From assembly GCA_965235115.1 (NCBI GenBank), contig OZ249448.1:17422001-17486000 (forward strand): a DNA stretch of 64,000 nucleotides. The letters run 5' to 3'. Source of the DNA: Laetmonice hystrix (lineage: Eukaryota). Of this stretch, positions 9,293-24,200 are shown piece by piece. The first letter of the stretch is position 1. Each line of letters opens with the position of its first letter. The notes below the pieces were generated by a model. That model saw nothing but the letters and a program-made list of their open reading frames with translations. It was not told the DNA's origin and did not search any database. The translations under genes were made by a program, and so were the position numbers.

Positions 9293-12200
9293 CTAGAAAT
9301 GAAACAAACAGCAACGGTTGAAATGGCACCAAGGTAAAGGGGATAAACAAAACAATCTGCAAACTAAAAGAAAGATATATAAATATGATTTGAATAGAGT
9401 TTGATTCTTCTTTTTTTTAAAGGAAATGACTTTCCTGGTTACATACATAGCCAAACCTTAAGTAGTCAAACATACCTGAGGACATCACAAGTGAACATTG
9501 AGTCAAGTGGGTGCGAGTTTCGACTATGTCGTGAATGTGTGAACTCATCTTGATTTTGCTGTACCGTCGGGCAGTGGATGTGTAGGGCCGCCTGTCAGGA
9601 AATAAACAATAAATTTAGTTTGTCTTTCTTCATTTTCAGCATTTCTCGGTACTACATGTACTCACAATTATAAGACACTGCTACCGCTGTTGAACATGGA
9701 CGAATTGCAACATATATTTCCTACCCAGTTATTGGGTGATTTTCTCAACAACTTACCTTGAAGCAAGTTGGGCACACATTCTCCCTATGTGGGCATGCTG
9801 CCCAGAACCAGCGGGGCAGAGGGCCAGTTGGTGAGGTGGACACATAGAAGCCCATGGCCAGAGGTTGCTGCAGCAGGTTGGGTGGGTCATCCTGCGGGTC
9901 AGAGATCTGGTTGGCTGAACCCAATTTGTTCTGGTTTTGTGTCGGTGAGTTGCGGCCACCTACTCCAGCCAAGGGGGAACCCGGGGCAGAGTTGTTCTTC
10001 GGCGATCCTGGGGAACCGACTGGACAGGTCAGGCCAAGAAGGTCGTTCAGCTCAGGCATCTCGTCCTCCGGAAATCCTTTGAAGAAGTCATCATCGAGGG
10101 CCATGCCAGCATCCAAATCGTTCTCCTGATGGTTTGGTGTTGTGTTTGGCTACAGAACAAAATGTGAAAGTTATGGATGATGTCATTATTTGATACAGAT
10201 TACATAGTGACTATAATACATTTATAGATGATAATTGAAAGAAACGAGCCTGCCAACAAGAACTAACCTGTGCCGTGGCTGAGGTGGGAAACACGAGAAT
10301 GTGTGTACAGGACGCGTCCCGTGGGGTGGACAGTGGCACGCTTGAGCTCATCTTCTCCTCCACCTTGATGGAGTCGGTCATGATATGGATGGACTGGTGC
10401 ACTTCCATGGACACAAGGCAGGCAGACATGATGCACGGCATCTCGCTCATACTCAGGAGGCCACACTGGTTACACATGTCTCGTAACTGTTGCGACGCTA
10501 ACCGCAGGTTCTTGCTGCTTAACAAACCTGCCCATCCTGCCACAAAACAAAAAAGGTTACATTACACTTTTTAAAAAAACATTTTTAGATGGGAAATCAC
10601 TTTTAAGAAGTACATAGAAATTCTTATCAAATCATGTTCCAGAAGATATGCATTCTTCCATTTCATCATGCTAAAAATGAAAGCATGCCAAAGCCAACAT
10701 ATCCTATAGGACAAGATAAATTATTACTGGCTGATTGAAAGTTTGTTGTTTCATTCCTAGCCGACTTGCTCATTAACACTTTTTGTTCACTTACCGGTGA
10801 GTTCGCCATGGCCCATGCGGCCAAACCTGCCAACGACCAACCTCCAAGGATGTACAGTCATACTCATCACGCCTAACACAAAGTCCCACAGTTTTCTTAA
10901 TCCAATCTTTCTGGCTGACGCTTTCTTCCGTCTATTTCTATTTGGGATCTCAATGTTGATGGTGCACGTTTCCATCAGTTCTCCACGGTCGTCGGTGACG
11001 ACAGCAAGTAACCACCTTTGATCCTCTGAGAGACAGTAGGCACAGAACATCACTCCGGCCCGCTCGGCACTTTCACCCCACATCTCCACCAGCTGCAGCT
11101 GTCGCTCTCGTTGTGGTGCCAGTACAAATGGTGGCGAAAATAGAGGACCCGTCAGCATCCTCCCAACCTAGAACAGGATCGTAAATATTAGCGCATCTTG
11201 TTTAATTATAAATGGTTTTAGAAATTAGCATCCTGTTTATCATGCAATTATAAACTTAAAACAAGAACATCATACAGAATGTCTCAGTGCCTTTACTGGG
11301 ATCTTTTCAATTCTTACCGTGTTGTCCTTAGATTTAATGATGGTATCAGCAGCGGCTGCAGGACCAAAGCCCGTTAAGGACCGTCCTAACAAAGATGGCA
11401 CTAGGTGGCGGCGGCACTGTGTGTAGACCGACATAGAAAGCTGCTTGAGGTAGGATGAGGTGGACGTCTCCCGGAAGTCCAGTATTGATTGTAATGGTAC
11501 TAACTGAAAATAGAATAAAATGGTCTAAGTGTGTGCAATCAAACAAAGATATACAATTTTTAATCCTTAACAACGAGTCAAATCAGATACAGGTTTTTCT
11601 CAATATTATCAAATTATGCGACAAATAATGAAAGAAAATGCTGACTGAGCATGTGTAACATGGATCTTACTTGAAGATGGACGTTATTGTGCATGTGTTC
11701 TGGCAGGTTATTGAGCATCTCGCGGTAGCAGCGGAGGAGACCAAGCATGGCCATACGGCGGAGGTGGTCCCAGTCAGCGGCGTACGTGAAAGGGTCTACC
11801 ATGTAGATGATGATTGATGGCCCGTCAGAGCTGTCCTGCTCCAGCTCTGCCTCCTGCCCTTCCTTCTGGGGTGGGGCCTCGTTTTCACCTGTCATACACA
11901 AACATTTAAGAAAGATCTTACTGGTTTCTTCATGACATAAGAGCCCTTGTGGAACTGTATTGCTTCTACCTGATCTGTGAAAATACTTCATAAACTAAAC
12001 AAAAAAAGGCAAGTTTTTCAGACATTTCACACAGCATCAAGATTTGGTAACGGCAAGTTCAAATCTCCTAAGTTATAGGTCTAAGATTAGAAATAGTATC
12101 GACGTCCAATCATGCACTTAGCAGAGAAAATCGTAGCAACCACCACTGAAGTGTATCATTTTCAGGCCAAAGTGACCGCTTTTTCTTACATTACATTTTA

Positions 12201-15200
12201 TATCAAACATATTGGAACAATGTATGAAACTAAACCCTTCTAGCACTATATCTTAACAGTAATGACGAGTTTTCTCGGATAATCTAGTCAAACTAATCTA
12301 TGATTTACCACAGAAGGTAGAATTAAATACAGTATCTTACCCTTTCATCTCGCAAAATACGACCTCGAACACGCATGCACGACTAACCCAAACCATCATG
12401 ATTACACCTAAGCACGACTACATCTATATACGAGACAACACCTAGTAAAATTTGTAGCTGCCTCGTACCATCCTCACCTTTCTCCTCGCTGTTGGGTGTC
12501 GGCGGCTGGCTGCCATCTTGCGAGTTAGGGAGAGGCTGCGGGGACGGCTCAGGGTGAGACTTCGGGGTTGCCTTTGACCCTGAACTACCAGAGCCCTCAA
12601 ACAGGCTTTTGTCCAGTGACTGTGTGGCCAGATATGGGGCTGCAAGAGACAACCAAGTTTAACTCAGCATCCTCTAATAACCTTCACGTATGTACCAGTA
12701 TATCTTGTGATCTAACTCTTTGAAATCTATTACTAAGACTGAAAATGACAGTTCACTTACCTAAGTGATATCTGCAGACTTGGGCATACAGTTTTAATTT
12801 CGACGCCATTGGACTATTACCTATTATGTGAAAATGAGAGACACAGTTAGGAAAGCCAGGGCAACACCTCCACAATGCTTCAGTGAATATCTTCAGCCCA
12901 TTTTTGCAATAAGGCACTGGAATGGCACTGACTAAGACCATAGTTTTGACCTAAGACATGAAATAGGTTGACTGGTTTTTAACCAGCCTACCAGTTCCCA
13001 CATAGTAAATTCTCATGGGACCAAGTCAGTGACATAAACTGAATGAAGAATATGAGAAATATTGAAGGAACATACCTAGAAAACTGAACCAATCATCGAC
13101 CTGCTGATCCACTAGTTTGGTTGCTGCAGTTTTACCAACCCGAATGACTCCATCACGAAGAACCTTACTAATGGGGCAGTGGCGACCAAGCTTCAGCAAC
13201 TCGTACATTGTGCTCATCTCCTTGAAGAAGCTGCGCACTTGACTCAATATATACTCGTTGTCAGGAGCCACTATGACATATGCAACGTCCCTTGGTCGAC
13301 CATAAGGTTCCAGTAACAACTTGTCCTGCAAAGTTAAAAGGTGATATATTCGGTCAAACTTTATCAATTTTATTGTATGAATGTCATCAGATTCACTGAT
13401 CAACATATTGTATTATATTTCTTGTGTTGCCAAAACCCCTTTAGTTATATTTTCATGCACCCCTCCACAAAAACCATCTTCTTGGTTAACCCTTTTCTAT
13501 TTTTTGGGTCAATCTAAGCAACTTTCAAATCTCTAATTGCAGTATAGTTAAAGCCTATAAGAATAATAGTATTACAAGATTAAAACTGACCTTGAGGTCT
13601 AACTTACCCAGAAGGTGAAGGCATAGGGTGAGAGGGAGAGCCAGTCCTTCTCATAGCCCAGCATGATGGAGGGGATGGGTTGAGGCTCACTCGCCTCGTC
13701 AGTACCTGCAACACACCACAAAATATTAGGAACAAGTCATTTTTGGGGGAAATAATAGGCGTAACCTCATTTCAATCTTGTCATGACAAAAAATTCCAAT
13801 ATATTAAATTGTGAGAATTCAAAATTCATGTGAGGAGGAAAAAAAATCAAAACAGGACAAGGCAGCGCGATTGGGAGGGAGGTGGGAAGGGTTATTACTT
13901 TAGATAATCAGGACGTGTCAGATTTTGTATGATAAGGTAATTCACTAAAGCCACAAACCTCTGCCAGCTAATAAATGGAAGTCCTTCCAGGTGAGAGGTC
14001 CCGACACTGTGTACACTGAGTCCCAGAACATGGTGCCACGTTTCTTCTGTATTGTGTCCTGTAGTAAAGGCTGCAGTGACTTGAGCAGTCGTACCACCAC
14101 CTGCGAGTTAGTTGGTATGGCAGCTGCTTCTGTAACCACAAACACTAGGTTCAAACCAAACACAAGATCCTTCAACTCTTTTATCTTTCAGATAATAATC
14201 CAATATTTCAACACTTCCAAGAAATGATTCAGGCTTCAAACATCACAGGTTACCAAATGTAAAGCCTGCTTCTCAATATAAAAGACATAACTTTGAAACT
14301 TGTTTAGAATGTTTAGAAATGTAACATGAATGCCCACCTTGGAGGTATGGCCACCTGTGCAGACACGTAGCTTTTAGTACCGGATCCTCCAGCTTGGTGG
14401 AGCCACAGTTTTCAACAACCCGTAACCCTGCCTCCAGGGCACAGTAACACGCCTCGCAGCCGTCCTGAATTTCCAACAAGTTCAGGAGGGGGGGCCGCGA
14501 TCCCAACTCCACTCGGTTACGGTAATAATTATGTACCACTGTTGCCGAGGGAAACAATGTTGAGAATTGAGAACGTAACAACATGAGAATATTGTCATTG
14601 ACATCTGAGATAAAGTTTCCGTCCTTGCTATGATCGCCAGTGCCATCCTTTCCAGCATGTTCTGGGGCAAGGAGGCTTGGTTTCCTCTGTTCTAACCGCT
14701 CATCTCGTACCGACGTTATGTCTACTTCATCTTCATAAAACAGACCTGAATTTGCACCGTACTTGCGGTTCATTACTGCACTGAAGCCACAAGTACACCT
14801 GTATTGTGGCTCATTAGTTTTGTCCGTGAGATACACCCCAACGTCTGATCCTTTGATGTTCATATTACACACACAGATGGTGCAACTGTCGAAGTTATGA
14901 TCTTTGAACAAGTTAAGGATAGAATCCGACAGCATGATGTTGACGACCAGGGAATGAACCTCTGGCATCTGACTGTTTGTGTTGGAATTGTCAACTGAAC
15001 TCATGTTCTTGTTTAGATATGATGATGCATTGGAGGCAGGGGATTGGAGCTCGTAGGACATGGGTGTGCGCTGGGTGGTCGTCATGAACATGGCAGGGGA
15101 CGGGGCTTCGGCAGGTCCCATACGATCCATCTGTAACTTGTGTCCACCTGCTCCGGCCTCCACAGATGGCACGTTTATATAGTGGCTGCTGCAATACAAG

Positions 15201-18200
15201 GCAAACCCAGTCAAAATAACGCAACTTTCTACTAATGTAACTACTTAATTTAGCAAGGTATTTAATTTAGCGACTGTGACATTTTCGCTGACAATATTTG
15301 CTGCTAAATTTTGACGATAAAATCTTCCATTCCAGAAATCTGTAAACTGACCTACAACATATTCCTTATTTACCTATGGAAGAATAAAACTGATCTTTTA
15401 GTAAACTTTTAGTACCCCCCCCCCCCGATTGAACACTGACTCTGCACACTGAGACATTATGACTGGGCAGATATTGAATGACTCTTGGTGTACCTTGGTG
15501 GAGGGAGGTGATGTTTCTCTATGTGTGGCAGGGGGTACTGCCATGAGGGCTTGTAGTTCATTTCTGGAGGGACGATCAGTGTTGTTAGTCGCGAGCTGGG
15601 CAGGTCAATGGGCGAGTACTTGGAAGAGCCGACTATCACTGCTTGTTGTGGAGGTTTGAACACATACGACCAGTCCTGAAAGTACAAAACAAAACCATGG
15701 ATAAAAAATATAGCCAGTTTTTAGCAGGCAATGTAGAACCCAACACTCTGTGACTTTTACATTTTGTGAAGGATTCAATACGCTATGATTCTTCAATGTC
15801 ACTTTATACCACAAAAATTAAAGAAAAGGAAAGTCAAAATTGTACTGACCTTTATGTTACTTAAGTATGCCTCATCCATGGGGGAGAGGGTGATCTCTGT
15901 CCGTGGTGCACATTGATGGTCCACGACTGTCTGGTCTGTTGGCATGTCTGCACTGGTGCTCGGCGACAAATTGTTGGCATCTGACGGTGGTGTTGGGAAC
16001 ATCCTCGACAAGTCTGTCGGTGTTGGACCCCCTAGTCAAATTAGCATTCACCATTCAATCTCAACCCCCACCTCAAATCTTACATGGGACCCACATGCAG
16101 AATACCAACTTAATTTATATGTAAAACGGATTAAAATCCAATACAGTTCAGAATTTAACCCATGTACAAATGCACTGTACCATTACAATACATTTCCTGT
16201 GACTTTACTGCAGTTCTGTGCTCTCTGTAATCAAGTGGGCCTCCCTAACTCTTTCTCACATCAAATTATTCATTTACATGTTCCAAGAAAATCTAGATCC
16301 TGTATTGGTTAGAATGACCTAAGTAACCACAAGTATACGCTAAGAACAGACCATAAGTTCGTACATACCCAACATGTCTAAACCACCCATTCGTCCTTCT
16401 TTGTTCATTCCTCCTTTTGGCTCTTCGTTCACTTTGTTGTTACCAGGGGGCGTCGGTGTCTGGTACTGGAAAAATACAGAACGCCAATGTATTCCGCCAC
16501 CAGGGGTCAGCACTTACGCTTGGTGCACTCAATCAGCACATGACAACACACTTGAGTAAATCGTTTCACACTGTCATCTCCATGATGGATTAGTTATGAC
16601 CCATTTCCCTGCCAACTTCCACTGCTAATACAGAGATCACTCATCCCCATTTCCATGGTAACCAAGAGCCAAATTAAGATTTAATAAAGGAGAAAAGCTT
16701 GCTAAATCACCTCTCTGGCTTCCTCCAGTTCAATTCATTATCTACATTCAGTGGCATATTGATTACCATCCTTCTCACTGACGTGGGTTATCAGTTTGGG
16801 AAGGCAGAATTTATAGCATATTGGTAATACTCACATCAGGCTCACTGGTTTCTGAGTCTGAGGATTCACACGACTCAAAAATCTTTTCCAGGTCATTGTA
16901 TTTTGGTATCAGGTCCGACTCATGTAGTAGTGGTCCGGTATTAGACTGTGGTACATCCTGGGGAGCTGGCGACGAATCTGTATAATAGACAAAACAACGC
17001 AGCGTATGTAATTAACCAACGCATTGTTAATCCGCACTGGTCATAATACTCAGTACCTTTATACAAACTTTCTTCCACTACTTTGTAGAGAGAATTCTTT
17101 AGGCATTCGAGAGCACGATTTCGGCTTAGTCTTCTTCAGCCTTGGCTGACAAATCTACGGTTCTCCTCCTCAACGTATTGAAGCATGAATTAGAATTCTA
17201 TTGCCATTTTTAATCAAACAATCCAAAGTTATCATGATACCTACCGTCATCACCTTTTATGCTGAAATTACTATCAGAACTGCGTCGTGACATTGTATCT
17301 TCCTGTACAAGAGAAGCAATGCCAAACATTAGTATAGATTTACATGGAACATGCAAAGAGAAAACAGTAAAATTCCTTAATAAAAAGATCATTTACAGTC
17401 TGCATACCGGTATCAAAAACTTTAGTCAGAGGAAAATAAATAACTACAACATAGAATAATCATTTACATTAAAGTATCAGACAACAAAGCCAGAGTACAC
17501 CAGTAATTATCCTTTTAAGAAAACCCAGAAAATCCTCAGGAACTTTGTCTCCACTAAACAGGAAATGACTTCGTGATTGCTACTGTACCTGTTTGCCTCC
17601 AGCTCTCGGGAAGCTGTCGTCTCGACTTGTTCTCAAGGACCGATTGGATAAGTTTCCAGCATTAGAGGCTTCGTCAGAGAATTCATATGGATCATGTGCC
17701 ACTGGAGGTGGACTATCTCGCGTTGCCCGCGATGTGTGTGAGGAAGAGTTATTGTTGGCAAGAGATGCTGATGAAGAGTCTCGAGAAGATTTGTTCAAAT
17801 CCAACTTGGACTCCAGTTTTTGTCGTTTTATTGGATGTTCCAACCTGCAAACAGAGTCCAAACAAAATATTTTACATTAAGGAAGCCTCTAATCAATTCA
17901 TATCCAATATCGAAGAAATGTAACTTGTAAAAAATTTTACTTTGGGTCTAGTTGGTTATCCAATTCCTGTATTTAGACTACGGGTACACAAATGCAACAA
18001 ATGCTACCAAGGAAACAACTATATATGAAAAAACGGTCATGCATATGGTCCCTACCTCTTCACTTAGAGCTGCACTGAAAGGATTTGGAAGAAGCAACAT
18101 GATGATTAGAAAATATACCTACCACGTTTGTAGTGTATCAAAGTCATATAGAGCCTCAGACTTGATTTCATCTTCACTATCCTTGTATGTTTTCATTGGC

Positions 18201-21200
18201 AACAATGGCCTTTTGAGGACAGGTACATCTGTAGGTTTTTGCATGTCAAGCCAATTATTTACTGTTTCTGTTTTGCTAGCCTCGCCCGCTGTTTCCTTCG
18301 CTTGATATGGCGAGGGAAAGTGGTCAGTCCGTGTTTGGGCTGAGGCAGATGGTGGATTGCGGTAGGAATCTCCAGCCGAAGTGCTGTTGGTGCTATTGCC
18401 AGGCGTCCCATTCCCCTGAGACTCCCCGTTCATGTTACTCATGTCTGAAACATCTGAACTTGGAGGCGGTGGACGTTGAGGGCTCAGTGTCGGCATCGTC
18501 GGGTCACCATTCTGACTGACCGATGGTTCCTTCGTTGTTGCGACCAGTGGTGAAGGTGCAGCAGAGTTTGGCGAGTCCATACTCTGGTCAAAGTTGGACT
18601 TGGGTAGTTGTGGGAGGGTTGGATTGGGTGGCGTAGGCCCCTTGAATGTCCCAAAAGCTGGTAGGACTCGGGGTACGACCGAATCAAGGTCGGCGTGTAG
18701 CATGTCTTCTTGTAGTGCTGTCCGCCGGTGGAATGGTGTTGATGGGCGATTGTGGCGGGAAGCAGACTTGTCAGCCTTCTCTCCACTCTTGGCATGCTTA
18801 TTCAGACCCGGCAGGCTACATTTGTTTCCTGAAGACAGTCCTGTCCGTCCTTTGCCTCCTCGAACCCTAAAACAAGTCAGTTACATTTCATTCCTAGGTG
18901 TTCTTTTTCCGCATGGAAAACTGAGGCTGCCTGAGATCATTTTTAAACTTCAATGAAGGAACCTTCCATCTGATGCCTCTTAAGGGTCTAGAAACCACTT
19001 AAGCTGAGAAAATTTTATTGAATAAATTTCATCTGGAAAACCAGGTAGTTGGGATGACTGAAAAGTAGTTTACTTACTTTGGGCATGTACAGTTGCTCTT
19101 TTGAGTTGTTTCACTGAAATCCCAGACACCTATTGCTGCTGCCTCATCGTTGTTGGTCACATCACCTCCTGGGGTATTGTGATGCCTAGAAAACAAAGCC
19201 AAACAATTCCAATATGACCAATAACAATTATTAGATTCTTACACAAAAGGTACAAAGTTTCATCAAAATTATGGTGAAAAATCCCAGAAATACTCATATG
19301 CCTAGGAACTACAGCAACTTTCAACATTATCAGTTAAATGCCTGACAGCTTCGCTCCACAAAGTAAATCCTGCTTCAACTGAGCACAAAATGTATAGGTA
19401 CCTTTGTGACTGGGGTGCTCCAGACACGCAGTTGTCTTGCCACACTTTCTCAATGACACGATGACTAATCGTCTCAAAACTTGCAGATCCAGCTTGTGCT
19501 GCACCGCTTGTATCTATTGAAGCCGGAGGTGCAGCTGCTTTGATAGGTGTGTCGTTGCCATACGTGATGTTGAGCGGGGACGAGGGTGGAGTGAGGGGCA
19601 TGTTACCGGGAGGCAAATGTGTGTGCATGTGTGAACCTAGCGGCAAGTTCCCATGGTTCCGTCCAAATATCTCGGTTTCCGTCTCCGCTGTCACCAAGAT
19701 GAAATTGGATGGATATCGCATTCGGACTCCAGCTAAAACAGAAAAAGAATGAACCGGATTATGTAATTGTGCAACTTACAGAGTATATTGATGAATATTA
19801 TTACTATTTCACAGTAAGAAAATGTTAAACACTTTACTCTACAGCTTCATCATAGATATATATCAAGCCTGGGTTGATTCATGGATATTTACTAGGTTAT
19901 TCCAATCATTAAAGGGAATGCCCTGTATTCCCGACCTCTAGTTAACAAACGGGTAAAAACACAATTAACACACGACCTATCAATCTTCAATCAGTGTCAA
20001 AGATCATGTATAAATCGCTCCTTCCCAGTCTGGCTGGTATGTGACACCAGACACTGTACTAGTAAAACTGCACGCCTAATGTGGTGATAAATCTGGCTCT
20101 GCTGTCAATATCAGAACATTCTGCCGAATCAGTTGGCATCATGGCGTTCAATATCCTTTAGGATAAGTTTATCCATGAAAGGCCATATGTCATCAATGCA
20201 AGCTCCTCATATTGCCAAGGCAATACTAGCAAGACTGAAGCAACTACACAGATGTAACCTTTGTATGATTATGAATAATATATACAGGTGGACCTGTGAT
20301 GCTAGTCTACAAGGGTTGAATTTATACAGATAAAATACAGACCGACACAGATGGGAGGAATTTGCTTTCTGAAAGGCAGGGTTCTATAACACCATTTCCC
20401 AACAGAAAATGTGGTATCTACTCTAGATCTCTGCCAAACATCATTATCAATACCTGCCACAACAATGACTGACAGATTCCGTCTCAGACTGGTAACAATC
20501 CTTGGTTATCAAGGTCAACTTTAACTGCTGACTGTACCTAGTGGTTATCTAGGTCAACTTCTGGGCAGGGTTACATGGACCAATTACTAGGCTCTACCCA
20601 TCTACCACACATTTAATCATATGTGCCTTAAATATAATCACACATCTTATCGAGGATCTCTGAAATTAGGCTGGCTTCATGCAGTTTGTCTCCCATTCAC
20701 AATTACCAAAATTACTGCCATTCTTGTTTTTAATGGCACTCATTCTCATGAATAAAAACCAGCGCAGGGAAATCTGAACTTTCACTGAAAAAATTTCCTG
20801 ACGCGATATTTTAAAAATGCTTACACTAACATTCTGATATTTCATAATCCGGATTGCATGCATTATTTGAAGGCTGGGTAGTTATTTAAAATTTCTTAAT
20901 TAGTGTGGATGCCCCCTGCGTGTCTGCTAACCTCAGCCGTCTACGTGTTGTAAATGGCCTTTAATATCACAACAGGAGCAGCGCCAGTGTCATGGCTGTG
21001 TGCTGACTTGTTACCTCCCAATCTCAGCCATCACAGCAGGAGACAGTTTTCTGCAGCGGTCGCAGTCACTGCCACCCGACCATTCCATTTCTCCTGTTAT
21101 CCTAATTCCACTGCATTAATTAGTGCTAAGTGTCATATTATATTAATGGTCTACCTAATCGTGTATGCCGTTTGCTGCATTACGGCTGCTACCATGGACG

Positions 21201-24200
21201 GGCACCTGCCGCCTCCCGATGTGGTTTCCCCAAGCTATGGGAACGAGGCACGCGTCCGTCCGCCGCCACACGACCCAACCAACAAAAAAAACTCTCAAGT
21301 ATTGACTCCTGCTCCACAGTGTCATAACTGCACTTGGTAGACCAGACAGCAAGCCTACCTGTTTTGCTAGATATCCATCTGCCCCACTTACCAAAGCCCC
21401 TGTTAATTTTGACGTGAATCACTATATTACATTAAGGACGATAAATCAGTATTTTCATGCCCTCAGTGATGCGATGCCATGAACTGGTTTAATATCCCAT
21501 CGCCATAAGTGCCGGCCCTCATGAAACAGGAGCCTGATAATCCTCCTGTAAGGGAAGCCGGGGGCAGGGGGTGGGAGAGGGGGGGGGGGGGCAAAGATAG
21601 TAACCACCCAATCTCCATGCCCTGATTCAGCTGGACACACGTCTGGCGACACCACGGCCACCACCGCCCTTCTCACCCTCTAATAACCTTTATTAATTTA
21701 TTTATTGAACCCCTATTGGCCAGGGCAGTACCATGCGAGGATCAGAAACGGCCCTTACAATGACTACTGTCGTTTACACTGCCAGACCGGCCTACAGACG
21801 GTAGCCGTGGCGACCGACCACCAGCGCCCCCTTGAGACCAGATCAGTTAGGGTCGGGTTTTTTTAAAACCCTTCCTTGGGTTGCGTGGGGTTCTCCTCCG
21901 TGTACCCGGGAGCGTGCTAGGTTCAGCGGGCGGTAGCTAAAGCAATTGGTGGCGTTGCCGACAAAAGGTGGGGCCTGTCGTGTGTAGGCAGGTCACACAG
22001 CCCGGCAATGAGCCGCATGCTGACGCTCTGCCTTTTATCCTCTAACCAGAATGAAGCGGCAGGATCCAGGACTGCCCAGACAGGAGCTGGCACTGCTATC
22101 TGTTACCGTGAAGGCAAACTGCCTTCTTCCCTGCTGCCTCACAGCCGAGCTGGGGAACCTTGATCTATCCATCAAAGCCCCCGCTAGCTGACCATCCAAT
22201 AAAGGAAGACTGTTGTTGAGGAACGTAGTTCTCAATGTGTCACACATAACTTAGAGATGGCACGCAAACTGAGCGCCGCGTGCATGTTGTTGTACTCAAC
22301 GTGGCACGTCCGCCAAAACACAATACACATTGATTGTTGGCGTGGCATACACACAACACTTGATACCTCCTTCACGTCACTGTTACCACCTCAAGGGGGG
22401 AGAGGTCGTACCCAGAGATGTTTAATGGGAATTTCAGGGCGGGTGGCACTAGACGAAAGGCCAAGGAGATGAGGAATCTTGGCGACACGGTGACCATAGA
22501 TAGCATGATTAGTTTATCTCTCTCGGTATAAACACCCTGTATATTGGTTGACACCAGCCCCCAAACCCTCTGCCCCGGAGGCCCCCAATGAAGCCAAAAC
22601 CTTGCGCCGCCGACCAGCAGGGTGTGTACTGAGAGTATTAGCTGCCATTGTGTGTGTCGGCACCTCAACTGCCCAGCACCCTTTACCATTGATATGCCTC
22701 CCTGCTCCATGTGGCCTCTAATCAATACACTTCTTACCGACAACGCCAACATCCTTCTGACCGCCCACCCATCCTGGAAATCAATGCTCATTCCCTCCAG
22801 GAAAACGGGATATGAATATATGGGACTGGGGTGAATCGGCAGCTCTCTCCGTCGGTCCGGCGCTGGGCAGCGGCTGGGCAGTGCGTGCAGGCGACCGCGC
22901 TAAGCCGTGTGTCGGCGTCGGTTCTGCCTGCCCCCAACGGCTGGTCATGATGCATATCATTTGTCGTCAATCCATAATTGATGTAGTCTACTGTTTATAA
23001 ATAGACATGTGTTTGCTACCGCAGGAAGGGGAAGGGGTTAACAGTAATGAGGCAAACAGAAGCATGTTCTCGATCTTACCCCCCCCCCCCTCCGCTCTTG
23101 CTAGGAACCACTACAGAGCACCATATCCCCTTCCTTTGTTTAATGCGACGATTACGGCACGGCACGTGGCCACCTGACGAGGCATCAAACCGTTACGGTG
23201 ATCGGGAAGGATCTTTGCCCTCCCATTGGCCGTATCCCGACAATGCTATCACTACCGCCGACCTCAGCTCTTGGTGGTGCTATGCCGCCATTGAATGGCC
23301 TCAGAACGAAACAGAAGCCTTCAAGTTGTCAGTTAAGGCATGCGACAATCCCCCATGTATTTGAGCAGCATTGCTCATGCTTACTTTATGAAGCATCAAT
23401 TCATATTCAGGGCCGGTGCGTGGCCCCGGACGGGTGCACTACAGCCGTTGTCGCAGGCACGTTTCGCCAGACCTGCTATTATGTTGATGCTGCAGTGAAA
23501 ACAGCTGGGCCAATCCCATGTAAAAACTGCCCCGCGATTGCCTCGCCTCTGTCATCCTATAATGACTGCCTCAGCAACCGCCACTCCCCGAACACCAGCG
23601 ACTCTATGTCTGCGATGCTCCCTGCTCCTTCTTTTTATCGGCGCGCCTGCCTCGGCCGACCACCATTTGGGGACTTGGCATGCTTGTTATTTTCTACCTC
23701 TGATAGAACGCCCACCGCGATAATTTAATCCATGAGGTATATGCGCAACCTTTTAAATACACATATTCAGATGTTTCTAGGCAGCCTTTATCAAATGAAC
23801 CAGATGCACCAATTGCATCTTGGTGCCGTTAACCGACTTCCCTTTGTAGTATCCATTAATGATTTGAGACCATAGAGGCAGGGAGCATGCTCTTTTTGAA
23901 TCAAATCGAGGCGATCTGGAGGCATCATTATTCAGCAGACGACAGCCTGAATCGTGCGCGGTATTTGGCTGGGTCCTGAGATGGTGCCACCGCAGTATTA
24001 CCAGCGCACCATTTAATGCACCGCAAGTCGCTAGCGTGCACATCAAGTAATCAATGGCGTTGTGCGACGCCCAAGCATCATGGCATTTGACTGATTGCCT
24101 TCAGGCGAGCAATGGCATCTGAATATGCAACCTGAAAGCGTTGTAATGTACAGCTTTGCTGTTGGAAATCCACTGTTTTGTGTGTCATCCACTGCAACTG

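Noticed and set aside
9745-19752. Many plus-strand ORFs of 60-120 aa overlapping MED13 exons
   Set aside because: Antisense shadows of GC-rich coding exons; no independent evidence
20190-20500. Possible LINE endonuclease remnant (KLLIL..., [12 protein letters not shown])
   Set aside because: Motifs are too degenerate and in different frames to call without an HMM search
21882-21909. tgcgtggggttctcctccgtgtacccgg, resembling the V-SINE central domain
   Set aside because: Short imperfect match with no tRNA-like head or A/B boxes nearby
23174-23200. CTGACGAG...AAAC plus small hairpin, hammerhead-like
   Set aside because: Lacks the conserved G of GAAA, the cleavage triplet is wrong and no stem I can form
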